A DNA stretch of 61,391 nucleotides, counting the filler. It is 10 parts of 10 records of this genome, joined end to end, with 100 filler letters (N's around TTAATTAATTAA, not from the genome) between each part and the next. Parts side by side here need not be neighbours in the genome. Positions count along the whole stretch, not along the records: positions 19,438 to 29,881 come from SRR7504441_8026; positions 29,982 to 34,343 come from SRR7504441_8030; positions 34,444 to 37,869 come from SRR7504441_8031; 7 more parts are not named here. One strand, written 5' to 3'. A program made the translations under genes and the position numbers. The notes beneath the pieces were generated by a model, which saw nothing but the letters and a program-made list of their open reading frames with translations, was not told the DNA's origin and did not search any database. Position 1 is the stretch's first letter; each line of letters starts with the position of its first letter. Below, in pieces: positions 22,401 through 35,153 of the stretch.

Positions 22401-25400
22401 AGCAATACCTTGGGTGTCCTGCAGATGATTGGTGCAAGGACTTGTGCCACCTTGCACAGCTGCTGTGCGAGTTGTGTACCAACGGCGTGGTTGGTCACTC
22501 GCTATTGCATTCTTTTGATCGACCCTGTGCAACTGATCCAGTAAAAATGCCGTGACATCGTTCGCACTGGGGTGGTCAAACAGGAATGTACCCGGCACTT
22601 CGACCTGGTTATTGAGTTTTTTCATCAAGAGGTGCTGCAACTCGGTTGCTGCCAGAGAATCGACCCCTATGTCCATCAGTGAATCCGTTGGAGTAGGGTC
22701 GGCGTTTGACACTTCGCGGACTGATTCAAGTACAATATCCAAAACTCGAGCTGCGTTCAGATCGGAGCCGGTGGCTGAGATGAGTTCCTTTGCAGTGCCA
22801 CTGTCAGGAGGCGGAATAAGACCCCTCATCAGCAGATATGTCATCTGAGGCTGGCGCAACAACGCCAATTCCAGTGCTAGCCACCCAATGACGTTCGGTA
22901 CAGAGGGTGCTGGCACCTCGGCTGGCCGATTGGCTGCCCACATGCCCAATTGCACGTGTGTACCAGGCAAGCCAGCACCGCGCTCCTGATAAAGGAAAGA
23001 CTCGCACCAATTGCTTGCGTGCGCATCATACTCTGCTGAAAAGGATGCTACCATACACCAGTCCAAGGCGTTGCTGGCCGTCTCGCTCGAAGCGTGCATC
23101 AAGCTTCGCTCGTGCATTCCAGTTGATAAATGAAACATTCCTGCAAAGCCATCGGATTGACTCAGAGTTGTAGATACTGAATAGGGTTCAGCAAAATCGC
23201 ACGTTAGTATGTCCACTGCGGCGAATGAGCTTGACAGTGACCGTATGTGCGATAGATCCGCCTGATGTGGCGTGAGGATCGCAATAGATTGCTCGGGACT
23301 ATGTTGCGCAAGCCATTCAATACAAAGCCCTCCAAATGAATGGCCATTCGTGCTGATCAAACATCGACTGTCTGGAGGTAATGCTGGAATCGAAAGAGTT
23401 TGCAAGGTTATTCTTACCAGTGGCGGGGCGGGTGCTTGTATAACCTTATCTATTGAGAAGTCGTCACAGAAGGAATTGAAACAACACATGATGGCATTCA
23501 CAGAGGTTGCATCACAGCGACCGATGTAAGTTCCCGGTATGACAGATGCTACTCTGCGTGTTGACAAAGATAGACTAGAGATAAGTTGGTTGCTGCAAGA
23601 TGCATGCATACTAGCGACGTGTTGCACGGAGACAACATAGGAAATATTGGCAAGTTGGTTGTTCTGCTTGACCAACTGGCGTGTAGCCAACTGTGCAGCT
23701 ACCAACCTTTCGTCACAAATCAGCAGCACCCGGATCTCCCTTGAGATACTAGTCCTCGAAGTGGCTGGCCACATTTGATGGTACGTGTGTGAGCGAATCT
23801 GAGATGCTTCTAGAACCCGCATTTTGAACGTACCAAATTCGGATCTGTCACATTCACACACCTGGTTAAGACCAGCATCGTAAGTTTGACTGCTGTGAGA
23901 GGTCTCGCCTTGACCAAGTGTCCAAACAACAGCATCTCGGCATCCATGAGGAGACATGTGGAAGTGACCAAGTGCCTTGAAGTAAATGATTTCCCTCTTG
24001 TTTGATATTGCAAGCAAACTGAGCGGATATAACGCCACGTCGCAGACTGCGACGTCCCTCAAATGGTTGCTAACTTCGCTGTGATTTTCTTGCTCATCTA
24101 AGATCAGCTTTGCGACTACAGCGGTGCTGTCTCCAGTTTCGAAGCACCAACCAAATGCTAGCGATCGGAAATCTCCTGTACAGGCGTTTGGGTGCACATC
24201 CCGATAAAACGATGTTTTCGTCAGATGGAGGGTAGTTTGAGCAACTGAACCTTTGGCAGGCTCTGGTCGCCTAATTGGTTGGATGTTGGTTGAGCAGCAC
24301 ATATTGAGCGTTTCTCTATCAACACTAGTTCCTCTGGAGGATACCTCAACCAGATTTGACACACAGTCTGCAAGGACCTGCACTTGTGGAGCGCTTTCTG
24401 TATCTCCGAGGTAGAGGAAGTTGCTGAATACGACATCCTTGAGCGCACGATTGGGGTCCGCTGCAAGTGATGCCAGCTTGCAGAAGGCAGTTCCCGGTAC
24501 AACTGGAACAATGCCAACGCGATGATGGGACAGATACTGCATTGTACCAACACCCCACGAGTTCTGCCAACACTGTGCTTGTTCGTTGTTCTCTGTCATC
24601 GAGCCAAGGAAGCTATGCTCTTGATGAGATGGCTGGGAGCGAATGACTTTGTTGTCGAGTCTCGCTGAGGCTCGGCCCTTGCTTAATGCTGCACACATGA
24701 CGTTCTCTGCGATGAGCGTTTCCTTCTGCGCTCGATCTGCCGTCCTTTGTGCCTTCAGTAGGCCATACAGCTTCGAGGCAGAGCTAGCACTACGCTTTGC
24801 ATCAGAAAGTCCTAATTCTGTTGTGTCTACAAGCCCTGTAGCCAAAGCACCAACCCTAGACATGCTGGTGTCTTTCAAATGCAGCTCCTGCGCTAAACTG
24901 GATCCTGTGTGCTCCCCTAAAGAGCAGCTAAAGCGTGTGATTGGATTCATGTTACGGGGCAAGTTGCCGTGGTTCAGAAAGACTCCAGAGGTACAGACCC
25001 GCCAGTCTGCACTCAATGCCAGGGCTACTCCACCACCTATCAGCTTGCCATGAAGTACTGCAACTATCGGAGCTGGCACATCCAATAGCATGGTCACACA
25101 ATCCTCTAAACTCGCGATTGCAGCGGCAGTTGATGCTGTTGTTGCCCTGACTAGCGCCATCGCAGAATCCTTCTGCTGTGCACCCCCAGTGCAGAAATGC
25201 GGTCCTGCTCCATGGAGCATCATTGAGTGGATATGCTGCCCTGTGTTCACAGAAGTCAGCAGTTGCGAAAGACGATTCCGAAGCGCAAACATGAGTGGGA
25301 GGTCCTCCTGCGCACACTAAGTTAGATATTCCGCCTACACTCGGCCCTGGCTTACCGCATTATAGTGTCGCGCGTCGTTCAATTGGAGCTCAATGCTGCC

Positions 25401-28400
25401 GCAATAGTCCCAGTGTGCTAGCACAAGGACATCGTCGATTGCACCGAGCTGCATCAGTGTGGTTGGCAGATAGAGGTCCCCAGAGACCAGGAGTGACTTT
25501 GCAGGAGAAGCCAACATGGATTCAGGGAATGTAAAGCGCCATGAAGCTGAAGGTAAGTGATGGTCAGCTGCACGACAAGGAGCTGCGCCATGGTACTTGA
25601 CCTGATTGTCCAAGAGAGCAAATCGGATTGTGCAGATATCACGTTTTGAGCTTACTATTTTGTTCCGTTGTGCAGCATATTCCCGTAGATCTGGGGCACG
25701 TGAATGTGTTCTGCGTGTTCTCATGAGCTGTAGGGTGTGCTGCAGACCGAGCATTGGCACCTGGCTCATGCTTGAAGCCAGCCTTACTGCATCAACCAGT
25801 GTATTTTCGATCCCACTGTCGACCTTTAGCACGTGCATTCTTTGACCAAATGAAGAAACCTTTAGCACGAAAGCAGTAGAAGCCATTCGACCAAATAACA
25901 CTGCCTCAGATGTGCAAACGCGTAAATCGCATGCAAGCGCAAAGTCTGTTGCATAGAGCTCATTCCAGCCACTCAATATGACCAAACCTGGCACCGAAAG
26001 ACCGGAAAGTAACTGTGCCGCACTGAAAATTGTCGACGTCTGTGTGTGCAGACAGCTCGATTGGTCAAGACAAAACACCACAGAGTAGAGCTCGGATTGA
26101 TACTGCAGTAGCTCAATGCTCAGATTGTTCAAATTTCCCGTGAGACTGACAAGTGCGACGCCCACTGTTGGCCAAAGAATCTTGTTGCTGCATTTAGAAA
26201 GATTTTTTGAATCTACCACGTTGCTGAGATTGCATGGGCGTGGGTCATCTTTGATACCGCAGTACACTGACTGCGGCAATTGCTCACAGCGCCGTCTTAG
26301 TTGCTCCTGAAAATCGATGTACGCAGAGCTTTGTACCATATTACACGATAACAACACGTTGATGTGCTCCGGACACAAAGCATCTAGGACTTCGGCGAAC
26401 AGCTGTGGGTCGGACTCCTGGTGTGGCATGTCAATCTCGACACCAAGGTTCCCAAGTCTTCTCCTGCGTACTCTTGAAGCCTTGCTCTGCTGCAAATACT
26501 GCCTCACTCCTAGTGGGCCGACTGAGATTAGGTAGTACACTCCTGCAAGCCGGTTTTCATGGTGGCTAGGCTGGAATGGAAAGCTCTGGTACGCAGCCTC
26601 GAATCGCTGTACTAGCTGGAGGGTCTCCTCTACTGATTTGACTGCTCGGGTTGACAGCTGCAATAGCACATCTTTTGGGTAACTCGGCAGCTGGACGGCA
26701 CGGATCGAGAACATGCTGGCTGCGCAGCCGGAGCCATACGACATACACAGCATCCTCTGCCCCACAAGCGTCTGAGCCTGCTTCACTAACAGCGAGACCA
26801 ACGAAGCATACAGTGGGCAGGTATAGGTTGTAGCATTCTCAGCACTAATTCCGGTACCGTGGGCTGCATGTTTCTCATATAGCTGCTCGTGTTGTTCCCG
26901 CGTCAGTTTGCCATACATGATGTCACACATCAGCCGTAGATTTCGCTTGGTGTGGTATGGTGCATTGTTGTGAAACAACACCCACTGAAACTGCTGCAAC
27001 AAGTCGCTGACTCCAAGCCTGTTGCAGTATTCTCGCTGGCACCACAGCAGCGACTCTTCGTATTGACTAGTGGCTTCCACCATATCCACTAGAGCGTCAT
27101 TGTTATGCCAGCCAATTGGACGATAGAAGTCCCAGGCATGCTTAACAAAAGATACGCGCACCGGCTCAATCACAAAGACGTCCTGTGCACCCACAAGCAT
27201 GGCTATTGCTGACGCTCCGACACTTGATAGAGCTTCTTGTTGTGGGTGCACCGCCGGGTCTGAGCACACAACCACCCCGTACTGCCCAGTCCAGGCAGAG
27301 CTCTGTATCCAGCTTACAGTGCTGAAGAGTGCATTTGTACCGCCGTAGCATGCGTTGTAAGTATCTACTCCTTCGACGTCATGCAGCCCGTCTGGAGCAA
27401 AAAACGCCATGAGAAATGACTTGGTAGACTTGGCGCGATCCACTTGACACTCCGTGCCCACCTCAAGCCGTCCAATCTTTCCAAGTGGTAGATTGGATCC
27501 CTGAATCAGTCGCTGGAATACCGTCATTGCCATCGAAACGGTGTCCTCGTCGTTACTGCAGAAACCAATGTGATGTTGGCCTCGTCCGACAGTGTAGCGT
27601 CCAGGACAGCCGTGAATTAGCTCAATATCAGCTGCGCTGCAGCAAAGATTCGGAGCATAGTACTCAAAGCCTTGAATCCCAGCTGCAGGGGAGCTTCTCA
27701 CGGGTACGGGCCCTGATTCTTCAGGAACTGCCTGAGTACCGGCCAAGCGCCACCATGCAAATGATACTCGATTAAAGCAAACATTTGACACACAGGTGCG
27801 TGTCGTACGAGGCTCTCCCCGTCCAGCTTTAATAGCTGCATGCGCATTAGTCCCTGTGAATCCGAAGGAGTTTACACCTACTGTGCTTAAAGGTATATCC
27901 ACAAGCTGTGATGGCAGCAAAACTGCGAACTGAGTCAAGTCCAGGAAGTCGTTCGGGCGCTGCAGGTGTAAATTTGGGTGCATGCAATTCCTAAGCTGTA
28001 TTGTCACTGCCTTCACCACGCCACAGCACCCTGCAGCATACTCGGTATGTCCAAACCGTGTCTTGACTGCGCCTAGCACAAGGGGCATGAAAGCGGTCTG
28101 TGTGTCAAAAACACTGCGGATTGCCTCAACTTCAATGGGGTCCCCAAGCGCTGTACCTGTGCCATGTGTCTCTATTGCTTTCCGAGCGCTTGTACCTTCT
28201 TCAAGCGCTTTCCTCAGTACCATCTGTTGTGCCCGACCATTTGGCGCTGAAAAACTTGCACTGCGGCCATCCTGATTGCTCGAAGTGGCTTCAAGGCATG
28301 CACAGGTGGAATTACAGGCCGACGTTGAGTCTAGCACTACAGCAAAGCAGCCTTCTCCTCGGCCATACCCATTGGCTGCTGTATCGAAAGTCTTGCAGAG

Positions 28401-29881
28401 ACCATCTGGTGAGAGTGGGAGGCTCAGTGAAGCTAGCCACGACGACAGATGCGGATTCAAGGATACACCCGCTACAATCGCGCTGCTGCAGCACTTAGTC
28501 GAGCGCAATGCGTGGTCTGCGCCACTCATTGCCACTAGAGACGCTGAGCAGGCAGTGTCGACAGTCAATGAAGGTCCATGCAATGCAAAAGTGTATGAAA
28601 TGCGGCCTGCAGCAGCCGAAGCCAGCATGCCATGCGCAGAATAGACGCTTTGCGCCATGTCTTTCTGAATGAGCGCCCAAGTTGTTTGGCCAAAGCCGAC
28701 AAACACCCCAGCACCCGAATGCATCATTGTCTCGTATTTACCTGCTGTCACAAATGCACACAATGCAACCTCAAGCAAGACTCGCTGATTTGGATCAGTC
28801 ACTTTCACTTCAGCAGCACTCATGGAGAATCGCACATGATCAAACAGCTCGATTCCTTGAACGAAATGTCCCCGGAGCACTTTGTTTGCATCTATGTCTG
28901 CTTTTAGCCCGCTGCTTCTCGACACAGGTGGCAGGTCAATCGTGTCTGTGCTGCAGAGGGATCGCCACATTCGGGGAACGGTTGAACACGCTCCTGGCGC
29001 AGCGCAGCTCGTTCCCTTGAGGATCGTCGAAGCAGACGATAGTACAGGCCGGTGCTTTGGGCTGTGCACCACAGCAGATTCTTGTTCGGTCCCCTCGAAA
29101 TGCTGCTGCAATGCTTGAAGCGTGGGATAGTTGAAAAGCAACATGGCTGGCACCTTTGTGTTGGCTCTTTGGGATAGCGAACGAGATATAGCAACAGCAT
29201 CATTCGAAGTCAGTCCTAGCTGCATCAATGGAGTGGAGAACAGCAAACGGGAGTATTTCTCAGATCCGATCGAATCTTCTATTGCGCGGAGCACCATGTT
29301 CAATGTCAGATTGGGTGGCAGGGTGGGAGTTCTCGCTTGGGGCTCCGAACGAGAGGACACTGCGCCCTTTGTCTTTAGAACTGAGCTAAACGGCATTGCA
29401 TTGCAGCTCACCGAGCACCTTGCTTCGCGAAGGACAAGATGCACATTGTCGCCACTGGCTGATGTGCCGCTGATTGCAGATTTCCAATGCCCTGTGAATT
29501 CGGTGTCACTGAAAGGCAAACGCCTGGGTAGCAAAAGGAAAGAGCTCTGCTGGATTGGAGGTATCAGTATGCCGCTAACAGGGCAGCTAGGGACTTGGTG
29601 ATGTTGCAAGGCGAGAACACTGACAATTGCTCCAATCAATCCTGATGCACACTGAGAGTGTGCAAACGTTGCTTTGTGGCTCAGCAGTACTAAACAGCTT
29701 TCTTGTCTGTCGTTACGGGAACCTTCATGAACTGCTATCTTCGATATGCGATCCAAGATGCCAAGCAACTCTGGAGTATCTGATCCAGGATTTCCCATTG
29801 CATGTAAATGAATGAAACCGTACTTGTCCCGGGGATCTTCTGAAAGTGCCATGGAAGCTGCCTGTGTTATGGATTCCGGGT
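19438..29881 (-). CDS. Giant AT-less type I polyketide synthase fragment (PKS-A): KS(partial)-ACP-KS-HMGS-ECH-ECH-DH-KR*-ACP-KS-ACP-LLM monooxygenase; open at both contig ends
   Basis: KS with DTACSAS/HGTGT/KTRFGH (about 27830-29025); ACPs GLTS, GVDS, ALNS; HMGS NACYGG (about 26500-27680); crotonase HFCTGG..LHGKLIGGGVALALSADWR; DH HHRVGIVPVVPG; LLM FSILFF..AWFPERHF..RVAEDWAMVDNLSGGRV (about 19570-20585). The two long ORFs are joined in frame by intron 25308-25355. Confidence 0.92.
25308..25355 (-). other. 48-nt spliceosomal intron joining the two PKS-A ORFs
   Basis: GTAAGCC...CTAAC.TTAGTGTGCGCAG; removal deletes the stop and gives NDARHYNA|EDLPLMFALR in frame. Confidence 0.88.
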
Positions 29882-30149
29882 NNNNNNNNNNNNNNNNNNN
29901 NNNNNNNNNNNNNNNNNNNNNNNNNTTAATTAATTAANNNNNNNNNNNNNNNNNNNNNNNNNNNNNNNNNNNNNNNNNNNNGAGACGGCGGCAGCAAGAA
30001 GAGGAGGAGGCAAGACTCTCATATCGCCGCCGGCAACTGATTACTTTCACCACGATCACGCTTGCTATGGCTTGGGTATTTTCCGAGCTAAGCAGAAAAG
30101 GGTACCTGCGCGATATTTCCTTTCTCTTCGGTCTCGTCTCCTCAGGCGG

Positions 30150-30287
30150 TCTGGGTAAAGGAAAAGCGGAATGAGTTTTTCAAGCTTCTACGTACATCCA
30201 GACAAGGGCCTCATTGAAGACCCTAAACGAGAAGCCTGGAAAAAAGTCCAGGCTGCCCACGAATACGTGAAGGGCAAGGCCAAGTAG
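30150..30287 (+). pseudogene. Possible frameshifted J-domain (DnaJ) remnant
   Basis: KEKRNEFFKLL in one frame followed by VHPDK...EAWKKVQAAHEYV* in another; no clear intron bridges them. Confidence 0.3.
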
Positions 30288-30531
30288 AAATGCTTGGTGA
30301 TGACGACAGCGACACCTCCGAGGAGGTGAGCTACTGTCGAGTTACTAGACCGGCTATAGCTAGAACTATTAAACAAGTGCGAATTGGTGAAGCCCATAGA
30401 CACCTAATAGACACCTCAGGGAGTATCAGGGAGACCCATTTGTATTTCCATGCTACACCGCTACACTGAGTAGATCTGCATTACTTGCGTGCGATAGTGC
30501 GCTCATCGGCATTGACTGAACACTTCATGCG

Positions 30532-33147
30532 CTACACGGCATTGTATACAATTGGGGGATCACGAGTCTTGGTGCCTCTGGGACTTTCGTAACTCCTCCT
30601 TGAGCACCTTGAGGCGCGCCAAGGTTGTTTGCACGTTCCTCCTCTCTTCATCCAGCGCAGTATATGCCTCTTGCAGCTGGGTCCGCAGCCGGAGTGCCTC
30701 CTCCTGCCAGTGGCCATCTCAGCTACCCGCCACCCGCCCGCCGGACCGCTCTCTCCTTCCTCTCCGCCTGCAGCTCGTTATCCAACGTCTCGATCTCCCT
30801 CCTCAGCATTCTGTCGCCGAGCTCAGCCCAGCCACACGCCAGCCGGCCACTTGTTCTCCTCCTTTGCGGCTAGCACCATCTCGTCATCCCGCCCGGCCTT
30901 TCGCCCAGCGCCCTGCCCAGCCGCAATCACAGCCTCGTCAACCCGCCAATGTACCGCCGTCTTGGCTGCCTTTTGCTCGACTTCCAACAGCGACTCCTGC
31001 CCTGCCCGCTCGCTACATGCCACCAGGCCCGGGCGCCTTGAGCTTGCGCCGCTCAGTCTTGAGCGAAGCCACTGTCTCGTGCGCATGGGCCAGTTGGGCC
31101 ACCGCCTCCATGTGCGCTCTGTCGTCGCTCCGCCGGTCATCATCTGGCTGCTCGACAACCTCGCGCATCATGCTCTCCACGTCAGCTAGCGCCGGGTCGA
31201 GCCCGTCCAGCTGCTGCTGGTACTGATGGCTGTTCTCAGCCAGCACCCGGCCGGCCTCACGCAGCAGCTTCACCTCGCGCTGGCCCTGCCTCTGCTGCTC
31301 GACTGCCTGGCCAAGCTCTTCCTCCAGCTGGTCCAGCCTGCCACCCGATCCGGCGGCCCCGGCACCGGGCGGCACACCGGGCCTGCAGCGCCGACAGAGC
31401 GTCGCCCATTTCAACCACCAGCTCCGAGTGCGCGAGCAGCTCCGTCTGCGCGTACATCATCTGCTCCCGCGCACTCTGGGCTCACCAGTCAGCCGGGCTG
31501 GCAGCACTGCAGGCACCTCCACAGGCTGGACAGCCTGGAGCACCGCGTGCTTATCCATCTTGGACGACGCCCAAAGCACTGAGACTTGGGTATCCAACTG
31601 CTCCAATTCGCCGGCCAACTGCTCCGCCGGGCCTGCGCTTCGCTCGGCGGCCACCCCAACGGGCATGCATGCCTGGCTTGCTGGCGTCCGACCGTGGCAG
31701 CACGCTCAGCAGCACACCAGCGGAGCTTATGTACTCCCGCAGCGCAGCCTTGAGCTGGTCTGCAGTGAGCCGCCCGGAGCGGGCCGCTTCGTGCCGCCTG
31801 AAGTTGTGCTGCCGGTTGGACAGCAGCCATTGGGCGAAGCAGCCAAAAGCTGACCCTTCGAGGTAGGTGGAAACCTCGTTGACCGTCACACTGTCAGGCA
31901 CCCCCGACGGGCGCAGCAGCTGCATCATGGCGCTCGAAAGCCCGTTCAGTTCAAGCAGCAGGTCTCCGTCTGCCGGCCGGTCAGCAGACAGGCTGCAGCA
32001 GCCGGCACCGGCCAACGATTCTGTTAGGCCTCGGGGCCAAGGTTTAGTCTTGCGGTCCATCCCTTGCTGAAGCAGTGCTCGGAGTGGCACCAGCGGCTTG
32101 CCCGCCAACTTCGGCCGCAGGACCAGCCAATTGGGCCTGTCCACCGCCATAAAGTCTAGCCTCAAGGCCTAGATATACCCTTTATTGGCCCGAAGCGCGC
32201 AGTCCAGCGCCTGATCCCCCCGGTGTCAATCACGCCCGCCATGCAGCCCACCCGTTGCAGCATCGCCCGCGCCTTCTCCGTGACCAGCGATGCCTCACCC
32301 AGGACCTTCTCCAAGTTGGCCCGCTCAGGCTCACTCCCCGCCTCCTGCTGGGCTAGCGCTTGGCACAGCTGGTCGGCCTCAAACTGCCGGCTCATCTCCT
32401 CCAATTGGCCCTGCGCCTCGGAGGCCTGCTGGCTCATCAGCTGCCACTGGCCCTCGGCCTGGTCCAGCTGCCGGCTCACCTGCTCCAGATCGGCCTGCAC
32501 CTGATCCCTCTGCCCTTCAGCTAGCGACCGCTGTGCCTCCGATTCTGTCAGGGCCAGCATTGCCTTGTCCAGCACGCCGCGCAGCTCCTTGTTCTGCAGC
32601 TCGGCCGCCTGCAGCTTGCTCGCCAGCAGCCGCTCCTCCTCCTCCTCCCGCCCACTGCGCGGCTCCGCCGGCGGGCCCTGCGGGGCGGCGGTCGCTGGGT
32701 CGAGCCCATCCTCCAGCCCCTCCACAGCCGGCAGAATCATGTTGGCGTATCGGCGGGGCTCCTGTGGTGCAGGCCCAGCCGCGCCTCGGCTAGTCGGCGG
32801 CCCGAGCCGCCGCCGGGAGAGCTCGGGGGCGGCCGGCTGGCGGAGCGGCGACCCGCCGTGCACCTGGGCGGCTCGTTTGGGGGCCCCGCGAGGCTCGGTT
32901 GTCTGGATGGTGGGGTTGTCTAGCCGGGTCCTGGTCGGGGGCGCCTGGGGGCCCGGTAGGTGCTGCGGGCGTGGTAGCCTGCCCAGGGGTGGGAGGCCGG
33001 GGTGCCTGGGGGGTGCCTGGGGGCGGCATTGCTCGGGGCGGCCGCGGGGGGCGGCTGATTGGTTGGTTGGACCAAGGAGTCGGCCAGCGTCTCCAGGAAG
33101 GACACCTGGTCCAGGCACTTCTTGTACCGGTCCCGGTCGCCGGGCAT
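30532..33147 (-). CDS. Multi-exon coiled-coil protein with a degenerate EF-hand-like pair
   Basis: Long heptad segments (ERLLASKLQAAELQNKELR..., LDQLEEELGQAVEQ...) and DSVTVNEVSTYLEGSAF...RHEAARSGRLTADQLKAALREY. Confidence 0.45.
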
Positions 33148-33417
33148 CCCCCTACACCCACACTGACAGTGGTGCTTCGAATCAACACTGACGGATCGGA
33201 TCGTGGAGGTGAGTCTGAATACCAGAATGTGACTGCGCACAGCTGCAGGCGATTAAATGGCACTGAGCTTACGAGTATGAAAGTACTACACAACGACAAG
33301 CTAATGAACTTATGATTGTGGCATGCGAGTCAGAATCTCAGAATCTTAATAATTATTCTACCATCATCGCATTATCATCGCATGCCATGGAGACACCAAT
33401 GATGAGCGCATTCATTA

Positions 33418-34343
33418 TTAGCTCATTCGGCTCTGGCCACTACTTCGCACCGGTCGGCCCTTGTCTCGGCTCATCCTACGTATCCGCTCTCGCTTTGGCG
33501 TGTCTGGTTCCACACTCTTCTTCAGCTGCCGCTTCGCCGCCCACCCAGTCAGAACTGGCTTGGCCGGTTGGACAGCGGTCTCCGTAGAGAAGTCGAGGGT
33601 CGAAGGCTTCAAGTCCGACAAGTCGAGAGATGGCAGCTCAGAAGCTTCGGCCGAACTCCACCCACGGGCTCGGGTGACGATATCTGGATCGTCGAGCACG
33701 TCACTAATGTCGATATCCGGATCCAGGTCGGTTTGCTGGACTAATGTCGATACCTGGGCGCTACTTCGGACCAGTTCAGGTTTCGAAGAAATGTACGCTT
33801 CAACACACGTGTCGACTGCTATGTCCACCACAGCTTCCATCTCAGCGTGCGACATCCCCTGCTCCGCCATGCGCTGCCCGGGACTGGCCGCGCCTGCTGC
33901 CGCGCTCAACTCACGAGACTGAATAGCAGCCAATGCTGCCTTCCTGGCCCGGCCAAAGCTGCTGCTCGACTCGAGCTTGGGGCACTCGCCATCTGTCAGT
34001 GTCGGCGACCGAGGAGATTTGGGCATTGCTAAACTGTCGGGGTGGACCCGTGGTGAGGCCTGGGGCGAGGTGAGCCGCTGCACCACTCGATCATAGTCGA
34101 CTGCCTTCCTGCTTTTCACCTCAGCAGGCGGGTCGCTGCACTGTGTCCGTGGCCTGCTGATCGAATGCTTGGCCCCGGCCCTTGGAATCACCACACCGCC
34201 TTCTGTGGTCTTGGACCAGAGCAGCGTCTTGGTGCCCTTGGCGTCGGTCACTGGCTGCAGCGCATCCACAGCAGCCCGCTGGTACGTCTCGCACTTGAGC
34301 CGCGGCTTTGAGTACCCACGATGCACCGGCTCGGAATCCGGAT
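33418..34343 (-). CDS. Hypothetical protein, 3' part (5' truncated by contig edge)
   Basis: About 300-codon open frame running from the contig edge to a stop followed by an AT-rich intergenic tract. Confidence 0.45.
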
Positions 34344-35153
34344 NNNNNNNNNNNNNNNNNNNNNNNNNNNNNNNNNNNNNNNNNNNNTTAATTAATTAAN
34401 NNNNNNNNNNNNNNNNNNNNNNNNNNNNNNNNNNNNNNNNNNNCCATTAAGCCGAACTATCAATACAATCGATCATGCAATCGATTAATTATTGAAGCAC
34501 ATGTACGCCCGTGCAAAAAATCGAATACAAATTAAAAGTCATTTGCACTATAATGGGCTGGCCTCGGCGCAGTGTCACACTCCCGGGTGCACTCCAAACA
34601 CTCTTATTAGTGCGGTGAGCACGAGAGTCACGCTTGGAGGGGCGCTTTGAAATGCCGCCATTGGGGCGGCGCCGAGTTCAGGCGTTGGTGCACATCCTCA
34701 GAGGGGTCGGCTCCACGCGTCGCACGCGCTGTGCGAGATCGAGCGGCACCGGGCCGAACAGGCGCACGTGCACGCGGCGTGCGGGCAAGAGACGACTCGG
34801 AACAATGAGCTGAGAGCCTGGGCACACGTGAATGCACTGGAGGACCAGTTGGCTCGGTATCGTGCAACCCAAAGCCAGCTCGAGCAGATGGTGGTACGAA
34901 TCGGGAGTCCGGTGCTTGTGCAGGTGCTGTCGGAGGCACTCGCGCGGGTGTTGGAGTCTCCGGTTGAGCCCGAGCCCGATCGGTCGCCCCGTTGACGCAG
35001 CGCGGTAGCAGTCGAGCAAGGCGGTCTTGCATCGCAATAGGTTAAAAACACACACATTGAAGTAAAGAGGTGAAAACTTTAACCGCAACTATGAGGACTT
35101 ACAATACCGCCAATATTTATCGAGATCGGAGTCGCCCTATGCTTCTAGGCCAC

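Noticed and set aside
25292-25335. Two separate PKS genes, a nonsense mutation or stop readthrough
   Set aside because: A canonical 48-nt intron removes the stop in frame.
19438-29881. Bacterial contaminant contig because of low GC and long ORFs
   Set aside because: It has a spliceosomal intron and a eukaryotic-type HMGS, and shares a KS type with PKS-B, which carries eukaryotic S59 domains. Mis-binning from another eukaryote is not excluded.
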